A stretch of DNA of 64,000 nt from Magallana gigas. Its lineage: Eukaryota. The DNA is taken from assembly GCF_963853765.1 (NCBI RefSeq), contig NC_088859.1, positions 25,110,001 through 25,174,000 on the forward strand. Reading direction: 5' to 3'. This document shows, piece after piece, positions 1-10,042 of this stretch. Made by a program: the position numbers and the translations under genes. Within the stretch, counting starts at the first letter, position 1, and each line of letters begins with the position of its first letter. The notes beneath the pieces were generated by a model that was not told where the DNA came from, ran no database searches, and worked only from the letters and a program-made list of their open reading frames with translations.

Positions 1-214
1 AACATTTCCCATTATAAATCTCCGTAAGAAATTTGTTTTCGTTCCTGTGAACTTTTATGAGTGAAAAACGATAATTGTTCAATGAATATATCTTGGATAA
101 ATTCCATTTTATTGATTTCAACTGTATTTCTTTCACAGGTATGTGTGTTTTTATAAAAAAAAAATGATTTATCATCAAAAAGTGATGGAAGCAATAACTT
201 GGGACAGACTATAG
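1..214. mobile_element. Right end of a ~480-bp MITE (family also at 2660-3141 and 43992-44462), cut by the window edge
   Basis: Colinear similarity to 2936-3141; ends in the terminal repeat CTTGGGACAGACTATAG. Confidence 0.8.
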
Positions 215-624
215 CTTTTGAGCTTATACCACGCAATCGGTTTTCACTTTATACCAGCGTCATTTTGAACTTACATCAGGTACCGAAATTCTTAGGTCTT
301 TGTTAAAATGGTGAATACTGTGTCACTCAGATCTTTTTACACTTCACTTCTGTTGTAGGGGCAATTTTTTTACAACCTTCTGATAATGCTGCTATGAATA
401 ATTTTGTTAATGCTTTCTCATGGAAATTCCACTTTTTCAGTATCTTCTCATTATTGTCCATTGAAAGTTCTTAATTCTTAGATGTTTTGTACTAAAATTG
501 GTTTAAAATGAAGGTGTGTTTAAGAAAACATTTCACGACAAATGCCTGACAAGTTCACGTGATTCCCATGTTCAGATTCATGAGCTAAATGACGCTTTCT
601 TTTTTATGTTCTATCATTTTCGAG

Positions 625-853
625 GTATCGAGAGTAAAATACAATAGATGATGAATAACGGGACCGCAGTTTGACTTCGAGGGATCAAGGGTTTCGAGAG
701 ATAAAGAGTTCGAGAAATCAAGGGTAAATTTGCTTAGTTATATCAGAGACATAAGTAATTAGTTATTTACGTCTCTGGTTATATAGGGGGAAAATCGGGA
801 CCCTAGACTCACTTCGAGCGTTCGAAGTTCGAGCCATCAAGAGTTGCCTTGTA
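625..853. mobile_element. Fragment of a TTCGAG-rich non-autonomous DNA element carrying a micro-MITE insertion at 744-777
   Basis: Recurrent TTCGAG motifs (ttcgaggtatcgag, gttcgagaaatc, gttcgagccatcaagag) resembling common bivalve MITEs; boundaries approximate. Confidence 0.5.
744..777. mobile_element. 34-bp palindromic micro-MITE with 7-bp TSD (GTTATAT)
   Basis: CAGAGACATAAGTAA-TTAG-TTATTTACGTCTCTG flanked by GTTATAT at 737-743 and 778-784; related copy at 61512-61543. Confidence 0.65.
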
Positions 854-1488
854 CTTGAAAGAGTCAAAAATATTTTAAACTTCCATTTTATAGATAAACA
901 TTTTTCCCACTTAACAAGTTTATCAATCGTTGTAAAATAGAATAAGTTCAGTTTATTCCACTACAATTCATTTATAGTTGTCATTTTGGAGAATTAAATT
1001 GGACACGAATATCTTAAAAGGTTCCGAATATCGGCTGCAATCTCAGATCACTGAGAGGATAAAGAGACCTAGTTTAGTTAGTGACTATAACTCATTTTTA
1101 GAAAACACTTGCCTATAGTCAAGTAAATCACCTGGGTTAACCTTTCTTGCCAGCGGCTGATAGCTGTGTATTCTGGAGTCAGCAGAAGTCCTTTACCTGA
1201 TTATGTTAACAGTCCTAATTACTGTTCAAATAGCCAAATTTATCTTTACGTGACACAGGCACCTGACGATATAATTTTTAAATGAAAAATACATGTATTT
1301 CCCGGCTACTAACTTAGTACGAAAGGCACGCCAGATAAATGCATGTGATGTATCATAACGCCAGATGCCTACATCCCTATAATAAAGAATAAGTCTTATC
1401 CATGTTTCAATATATTTGCCAGCCTCGTGTCACTGATGAGCCCCAGTTCAACTTCTTTAGATGTGGAAGTATGGCTAGCGAAGATGTT

Positions 1489-1960
1489 CATACAAAATGA
1501 GTAACGCGCGTTAGCGCGTTATGAAAATTTGTGTGCACACACCGCTGCAGTTATGAGACGATATCTTTCAGAAGAATATAATGATTTATTGCTTATATTT
1601 TTAACTTCTTGCCTTGTCTGCAAATGTGATTTATACCTTAATAATTTAATTCTGGTTGTAACGCACTTTCTGATTGGCTTAAAAATTATTTTATATCATA
1701 TAAAGAATGTTGCCTACGCCATAGTAAGACTAACGTCAAAAACGTATCAATACGCCCGACGTTACGTTTGAATTTTGTACAATTTTACGTCATTTTAAAG
1801 GCCAAATGACCGTTTTTATCTACAATGAAGAGTAAAAAAATTAAATTATAAGCAATGAATTCAATATTTATTAGTTTTATACGATATAAAATGGTTTGAA
1901 ACAGTTTACGCTTATAATGCGTAAACTGCCCCAACCAAGGTTATACTCGTATAACTTGGT
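1489..1960. mobile_element. Palindrome-headed non-autonomous element (possibly Crypton-type)
   Basis: Imperfect palindrome 1489-1535 centred on CGCGTTAGCGCG, followed by a CpG/GACGT-rich tail; the family assignment is inference. Confidence 0.45.
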
Positions 1961-2236
1961 TAAAAGAATTTTATATACTGGTAGCCAATGAATAAAAAAA
2001 AAATTGATACCTAAAATTTTCCATAAACACCTTCATGGAGAATGGATGACTTACCGTTTATTGGAAAAATAACGGAAATATTGAGTAAAACAAAATGGAA
2101 TCTTTTATTTTTTTCCTTTTCACAACATTGCAAAATTTGTTACATAGTGAACTTTGCATCAAGTGTTCGAAATCTCTCTGGGGTTTTGCAATATTTATCT
2201 TAAAGATTTAAATTTGATTTTTTTTAAACTGTGATA

Positions 2237-2326
2237 GTCTGTAGCTCCCGGTCTGGAAAAAAGTCTGGAAAAAGTCGGAGTCCCAGGTCATCCATCTGAA
2301 TTTTTTTCAGACCGGGAACCACAGAC
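2237..2326. mobile_element. 90-bp fold-back MITE-like element
   Basis: Imperfect inverted arms gtctgtagctcccggtctggaaaaaa / tttttttcagaccgggaaccacagac. Confidence 0.55.
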
Positions 2327-2659
2327 CTGCAGCTAGGTGATTTTATGTTGCTTTCTTGTCCTTATTGAAATCAAAAAGCGTCAAATACCATTTTGAACGA
2401 AACTCTCTTTTCTTCCTTAATATCGTGATCTTTTTTCGTTCTTACTTTAAAAAAAAGAACATTAGCGAATGCAGCAGAAGTAGGGAAGAATGGAGAAGAA
2501 AAAAACAAATAAACTTTAAGTTTCATAATGTAAAAGAGGAACAAGAAATAATAAGAAATGGAGAAAAACAAGGCTCAGTAACAGTCTGTACATGTGCTTT
2601 TAAGGTATGTTAATAACTACTGTATTAAACAGTAAACTTCATAACCTTTTTCACACATT

Positions 2660-3141
2660 CTATACTCTGTCCCGAGATTTTGCTTCCACCACTTTTTGCT
2701 TGATATTTCAATAATAGTAAATACCTTTGTGCTCAAATTACGTTCATCCACTAATATAAAAAATGTCCAGATTATCTGTTTTGAAACGCCCCCTCTACCC
2801 CTTCTGGTTTCAATACACATCCCGAAATTGAAAGTCTACGGAGATTTTGCATTGCAACAGCCATTAATAAGCCCGGATGATAACGTTAAAAAATTGCGCG
2901 ATGTATTCCGAGTGTATTCCGAATGGAGAAAAGATGTAAACATTCCCCATTATAAATCTCCGTAAGGAATCTGTTTTCGTCCCTGTGAATTTTTTTGAGT
3001 GGAAAGGGATAATTGTTCAATGAAGATATCTTGGATATATTCCCTTTTAACGATTTCAACTGTTTTTCTTTCACAGGTATGTGTAATTTTATTAAAAATC
3101 ATAAAAAAGCGATGGAAGCAATAACTTGGGACAGACTATAG
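2660..3141. mobile_element. ~480-bp MITE
   Basis: TIRs CTATACTCTGTCCCGAG ... CTTGGGACAGACTATAG; internal homology to 1-214 and 43992-44462. Confidence 0.8.
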
Positions 3142-3179
3142 AGTTATATTTGCATATCCATTGTTCTTTCCCACTGTAA

Positions 3180-3690
3180 GCCCATACGGAGGAGCTGCAA
3201 TTATTTCTCTATAATCGCAATTGCTCTGTCAGTATACTATGACGTCATAAAGGTGTAACGTTATATATACTTTTCCATGACGTTATAGATTTAAACCACT
3301 ATACGATACATCATGTGTTTTTCTCCAACTCCATTAAAATTGACGTATTTACATGTAATATTAAAACATGTTTTTGATAACATTTTAAAGGAATTACTGT
3401 TATAACATATCATTGATTCTATGTAAATTAAAAAGATACATTACAGTCTGAATGTTTACTTTTGATGTAATAGCTAAATGTCAAGGTCTAGGCTAATACA
3501 GGGTATCTGCGAGTGGTAAAATGCAAATATAAGTAATAAACAACGATTATTTAGTGAACATGGCGTTATGAATAGCAACTGCTCTGCTGGCATATTTTCC
3601 ATGATGCGCTAGCGCGCATCATGGAATATGCCAACAGAGCAATTGCTATTCATAACGCCATGTTCACTAAATAACGTTGTTTATTTCTTA
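3180..3690. mobile_element. Palindrome-centred non-autonomous element (possibly Crypton-type)
   Basis: ~150-bp near-perfect palindrome 3535-3685 centred on GCGCTAGCGCGC. An arm-like motif (gcaattgctctg) recurs near 3217. Confidence 0.5.
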
Positions 3691-4203
3691 AATGAATTTC
3701 AATGTGATGATTTTATACTTTCTATTCAACATTATAAAAATAAAGTGCGCCAAAACAAACGCGATATTCAATTTATTTCATGACGTAAAATTTTATGATT
3801 AATGACTCAAAAATCAATTCATCGACTTTGCAACAGGGATTATGCTATTTGGTGGAAGGTATGTTAAATGTGTGTGGCGTATGAATTATCCCCGGTATCC
3901 AGTGTATGACGTCGTTAAGGGTAACGTCATCGCTGTAGGTATATATACCGTTACGTTTTGGTTACCGCGTTAGTTACTGAATTTGATCGGTGGCGATCAG
4001 ACGTGTTTTTACACAGAGCGCAAAAATCAAAGAATTCACTATGAAAAGAGAGCGATCATCCGAAAGAAAGAGCAAGAGCTCGTCAAAGAGGGTAATGACT
4101 CTCAGAATCAACTGTTTTTAACACATGAGCATTAATTTAACCTTTTATAAGGCGAATTCTTCTCCGCACGATGCTGGATGCCATATTTGTCCAAAATGTC
4201 GCC

Positions 4204-5947
4204 ATGATGGATGTCAAATTATCATTTACTGAAGCAGCATTTCTCTCATATCACGACGTCCAATTGATATCAAATGATGCAATTGCCTAAAATAGTATAC
4301 TTTCAAAAAATATTTATTAAGTAGAATCTATATAGGTCTAAGACCTAAATAGTCAACATGATTGGCCATATATTGGCGCGGGGGGGGGGGGGGGGGGATG
4401 ACATAGAATGGATAATATGGTTCAGCAGTGCGATACTTATCTTTTGTCATAGAGATAAAAAGATGAAAGACACATTTAATTTTAATAGATTAATTTATCA
4501 TTCATGTCCATTTTCCAAACAAAAGCTGAATAGAAATATATACAGGTTGGATTGATTTAAAAAAAACAATATCAATGTAAAATATTAAAAATTTCAGCAC
4601 AGCATAGATGCCTCATCTAATCAATCCAATGAGAGACAGTGGTATGATGTGTTGCTGGAACTCCACATCAAATCTAGTGTGAGTACTCGTGTAGTCTGGA
4701 CAGATTAAAAAAAAATAGTCATGACACCCCCGCTCCCACCCAAGCACATTATCAGTTGTAGAAAACTATAAAGTTATGCTTTGTCCCTCAGATGGAGGGT
4801 CATTTTATTTTAACAACTATTTTTTTTCATTTTTTATATACTATTTATTATTTTAACAACTATTTTAACAACAGCTGTAATTATATTAATATTAACTATA
4901 ATACACATTACTCTATGAAATACATAATGAATTTGGATTGTACACTGTACACAATATGACTTATTGTTTAAAATTCAATGTTAATTCTTTAGTAAAACAG
5001 TGTAACAAAATGTCCCTCTCTCTGTCTCTCCGTCTATCTTTCCTTTGTTTAAAGTCCTTCTTTTCCCCTATGTCTGTGTACTGTTTCATTCTCTCTCTCC
5101 TCTTTTATTCTTTCACTCTGTGCTTTATTGTGTCCTACAGCAACAGCCATCTTTTGTCTCCTTCCGTCATGCATGGAAAGAGCACATGAATGACTATGTA
5201 AGACTTTCTGAGATTTGTGATCATTTCTCATGATTGTTGACCTCATATCAATGTTCTAAGATCATCTCTACCACAACTTATTACTAGTTGACTTGTCATA
5301 ATCCATCAGTTTTGCATTATTTCAATTGGCATATGATTCTCTGAAAACTAGCAAACCAAATTTATGTTTATAAAGTTTTAATAATGATAACTTGACCTAA
5401 GTAAATGCATCAATTGATAAAAATGCAGTGTCAATTTAAAAATACACAAATTTTAAAATATGTGACTCAGTGTATATAACAAAGAGAATTTCACCTCATT
5501 TTGTTGGTTTTGGTTTACAGTACAAACTGACGAGTGCAATCAACAAGTCAGAAGACAGAAGGGAGTTGCCCACTGTCCCGCAACCCACCCACACTGTATG
5601 TAGTAACAATAATTGTAGTCATATTCATAATTAATAGTACTATCATAGTACTACCATGGTATACATGTATATTATAATATCAACTGCATGTAATGCAGGT
5701 ATTCATGATTGGTATTGTTTAGATAGGGTGTAATATGAATTGGAGAACTTCTCAAAATTACATATTTAAAGTGATCATTCTCTTCTTTGAACAGATTGAG
5801 TGGCTGGCTCGCACCCGTTTCAGACATCGCTCCATGCACCTCAATGTTCCGCAGCAAAAGAAACTGCCCCAGCAAAGGAAGCACAAGGTTGCCAGGAGAC
5901 GGTGTGTGCAGCATTCTGAGCTTGATACCTCCTTCATTGTCTACTAA
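4204..5947 (+). CDS. Candidate small spliced gene (~139 aa), possibly Myb/SANT-like; first exon uncertain
   Basis: Phase-0, stop-free exons with canonical AG/GT: 4598-4678 (HSIDASSNQSNERQWYDVLLELHIKSS), 5141-5197 (QQPSFVSFRHAWKEHMNDY), 5521-5595 (YKLTSAINKSEDRRELPTVPQPTHT), 5795-5947 (IEWLART...FIVY*). The possible first exon 4204-4257 (MMDVKLSFTEAAFLSYHD) has only a weak GTCCAA donor. Confidence 0.4.
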
Positions 5948-8452
5948 AGGAGGAACTCATGTGTAAGTATAGATGTACTAAAGTTTGTCTGTCTGTGTGT
6001 CTGTGACCTTGATAAAAAAATTTTTAAAGGTCAAGGTTTAATTCTGATGGTCATACAGGAAATTAATATTAAATTATTAACAAGTGAATAAGAATTTGAT
6101 TATGTGTTGGGCACTGAAAGTTTTCAAGATAATTTTTTAATGGTTCTTATCTTGCCTTCTTTTTTCTTCTCTTTTCAGCAATAAAGCTGTGGTACCAATA
6201 CGGGTAGAAAGTGCTTTGATCATGTGAACCACTGTGCTTGCATAAGAAAAACTGTCGAAAAGACTTGTCTTGTGGGAAAATTCAGAAAACTCGGTGCTCT
6301 CATACCGGTATTCTGTAGCGTTTCTGTACATGTATTGACTGGGAATCAAGAGGCAGTACTTATTACTAGTGTATAAATCCTAGAAGGATTTTATGACACT
6401 TATAACACAGAAGAATTAAGACAACTGTCAAAGATATTTTTTTAGTTCTGCAAGTGTGCTGGTTTGTGTGGACACTGAGACTTTTGATCAGTTTGATGGA
6501 CACTCCGTCCAGTTTTAGTTGTATATTATATATACATGTAAATATTGAGATCTGTCATATATTGACAGAAATGTTGTGTACAACTGTAATCTGTATATTA
6601 TATATACACATGTAAATATGTAGGAATGATCTGTCTGTCATATTGACAGTTATTGTACACGGTGTAAAATGGTGTATGCTTCAATAGAAATTGGGTAGTT
6701 GTCATACAGATAGGTTGAGTCATTATAGTATAGTAAATGTTGCAATTAGATCTTCATTAAGTTAACGTAGATCTAACTTGCACTATAACTTTTTTTTTTT
6801 GCAAAGTTCAACTTTTCACAGCATTAGGATTTGGATAAGATACGTCATGTATATTATAAGGCATAATTAGAGAGAGACTGACATACCCTTGGTACATTCC
6901 TGATATGAGGCAGGGAAAGGTGGTTTTTATCTTGAGGGCAGGAGGGGGGGGGGGGTGTTTGTACCCTAGTGGTTAGTTTTACACTGGTACTCTGGTAGTA
7001 ATGTTTTTGGGGTTAGACAAGGCTATAGTTTAATTTTTTCTGATACATGTATTATGTTTGTGGGGTAAACCCCCTCTGGGAATTTTTTTTACACTACTGC
7101 TCTGGTAGTGTGTGGTTACTTGCATTGTTTGTTTGGTTTTTTTTTACTTCAAGAATGAATGATTTGCATTTGATAAAAATAAAAATGAATTTCTGAATCA
7201 GTATTTTGTCATTTTAAAATGTGTTGTATGGTACCTGGAGTCTCCTGAATATATGTAATACACTTAAACTTAAAACTTTAACAGAGTGCTTAGATCACAA
7301 ATCAATAGTACAGCTGATCCATTTTTTCTGTTAGATTTTAAAAAGATATGAATATTTCCTCAATATTGGACTCTTTAGAACCCCGAAAGGTATGGTATGA
7401 CTAAAATTGAAATTTTTTGTAGCAAATTGCTTGATATATGATTACAAATGAGAGCTGTCCTCATTTTCAGAGAGGCTCAATTCTATGTAAAAGTTGCCCA
7501 CTACCCAACTCCTCAGATTGTGTTTTTATGCTTGCTACAAAACAATTTTTCTCCATATTATACAGTCATTTATGAGATGAAGTATTATAAGTAGGGTAAA
7601 CTTTTTCTTGTTTTACAATTGACCATGAATCATGATACCAATGTTACTGTTTATATTGCACTGTGTTGGTCCCATGCTTTGTCTTGATTAATTGTCATGT
7701 CATATACTTATGTAGTGTTTGTGAAGTCATTCCACTTCCTAAACAGTAAACAGGCCATGATGTCATCTAGCGGGGGCCCCTGCACATGCAGGTGGACCAG
7801 AGACCCCCCCCGTTCTCTAATAGCAGACGTCAACAGTGGATAGACTACAGAGCTACCGGTATATGTATTGATGTCGGTGAGTCTAGTACCCCTGTTTAAG
7901 TATACAAACACTATATTTGCACCCAATTCAAAGCCCAAGACTCCAATACATACCGATATTGGCCTTAGTATTTTTTTTCTATAATAGTCTTTCAATTGAA
8001 GTCACTCCACTCTATCCCCAAGGTTTAGGGGGATCTGAGGCCCCCCATTTTAGTCCCTCCCCCATCCCATGCCTGTTGAGCCTGTACAGCCCACATACCA
8101 GCCCTTGGTAGCACACCTGCTATTTCTCCACAACTACCCAAGAGTAAGCGTGTGTATATCAGCAGGTTGATTGGCAACACTTTTCAGGCAGTTGATTTGC
8201 AACCCCAGGTCTCATCCAACAATGCCTCCCCTCCCCAAAAGTATAGAAACACTGTGCCAAGTAGTAGACCCATCATGCTGTACACCACCACCATATCCCC
8301 CTCCTGGGAGGGAGAACGTTGCCATTAGATTTCAAGTGTCAGTAGTTCAGACATCACAGGGAATGGGAACAAGTACTGCTTGTGTCATAACCCCTTGTTG
8401 TTGTCACCCAGTAGCATAGCCACAAGAGGATCGATACATATATATTATTATA

Positions 8453-8597
8453 ACAGTAACTTGATCCAAAGAGTCAGATCACGTCGAGTTGCCAGGCGTG
8501 GATCATCAGATCAAACAAGACGCGAAGCATCAAGTTTAATCTGATGATCCGCGCCTGGCAACGAGACGTGATCCGGCTCTTTGGATCAAGTTACTGT
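8453..8597. repeat. 145-bp imperfect palindrome at the head of an insertion inside the Gypsy relic
   Basis: acagtaacttgatccaaagag...cagatcaaac / gtttaatctg...ctctttggatcaagttactgt, with a loop containing CGCGAAGC; followed by an AT-rich tail to ~8900. Confidence 0.75.
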
Positions 8598-9958
8598 CAT
8601 AATGATAAATTTATTTTATACCCTTGTCCATTTAAAAGTTTTAATTACAAAACTATCTTTTTAATGTTTACTTACATAACAAAGCTATTTTGAAACAAAC
8701 TCTTTTAAAACGTGCTAAAGTACAGACGTTATGTAATGTATACTACATCATTAGTTTCAAAGAGTGGCGATTCAGAATCGGAAAACCACAGTGTGGGGAT
8801 CTGGAAAATTGGATCACACTCTGTAAAATCGACAGTACCAAGACGGGAAAATTGATGGGTAAATAATAAATTGCTGAACAGGGAGGAATATTAATGTTAC
8901 CAGTATTTTACTGGCTGTCCTGACCCATCACCTAAGGCCCCTTCCAGCTCTATCAGCATTGGGGTAAGAATATCACAGGTTCTACCACAATCTCGTGAGC
9001 CTTTGCCAGAGGAATCTCATCTCCCACTTGATCATGTATACACCCCTGAACCCTATTCACATGAGCCCCTTCCCTGGAAAACAAAAATTTCAGGTTAATA
9101 ACGTGTAAATCCCTGCAGCCTCCTATAGCCCAATGAAATATATGGGGATACCCAGTCTCTATCAACCCACCTGCAATGCGGTGGTCTATAGCTTACCTGG
9201 ATACGTGCCCACCCCTGCAGCGTTCCCAAAGATACAACTACAGGGTCCAGGCCTAGGCACCCTGAAGACAGCTCTGAAAGGGACTCTGTGCACCAGGTCC
9301 AGGGGGCAGTCCCTCAGCCTATGCAGTCAGACTAAGAATTCAGAAAGCTCTCAACAAGGCTGTGGTACCGTAGATGCATGGGCAGAAGTGAGTGTTCTTG
9401 TGAGGAGGTTTTAGAACAAATTGGAGTCCAAGCCCCCATCAAGAAAAATCTCACTTTGTTGCAAAACAGAAGTGGAGCCGAATTTAGGGGATATATGTTG
9501 CTGGCCTGTTTGACATCAGCTTGGTTCAGCACACACATCAGGCTGATCAATATGTGACCTACATTAAGGACTGGATGGTGTTCGAATGAATATCTTGATG
9601 GATCAACTTGAAGCACTGTGTCATCACCCTGCATGAGGAAGATATCCAGATGTCTTATGGTTGGGGTTAGGCCTTTAAGACAATTAGACTTGGTTTCCCA
9701 GGTCCAGGGGACAGTCTTTAAGGATGGGGACTTGTGTGTGCATCACTTTGGGCCAGCTTTGCCCACAGAATACCTAATCAGTTTGAATAAAGATTCTGGA
9801 AGCCCCTATTTAGGCCTATTTTGGTAGATACTGGGGTGGAAGTGAGTGTTCCTAAGAGAAAGTTATACCGCATCACAGTGGTTTCTGCAGTACTAAGCTA
9901 TTTCATGATGGACAAGATCTCATCAAGTACATGGAGGTGCCCACTTATCTGCACAACC

Positions 9959-10042
9959 TACTGTATACAGGGTTATTTTTGCACCGTGTTATTTTTGCCC
10001 ATTAACAATTGCAAACGATTTCGCCCCGTCTTGAATTTGCCC
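9959..10042 (+). mobile_element. MITE terminal fragment (tactgtatacagggttatttt...) inserted in the Gypsy relic
   Basis: Reverse-complement similarity to 22358-22448 in USP7 intron 2. Confidence 0.7.

Noticed and set aside
1434-1455. CTGATGAGCCCC resembling a hammerhead ribozyme core
   Set aside because: The complementary stem II strand and the GAAAC motif are missing; at best a truncated relic.
6935-7110. Purine tract followed by TGT, like a PPT plus 3' LTR start
   Set aside because: No matching second LTR was found, and G-runs are common throughout this window.
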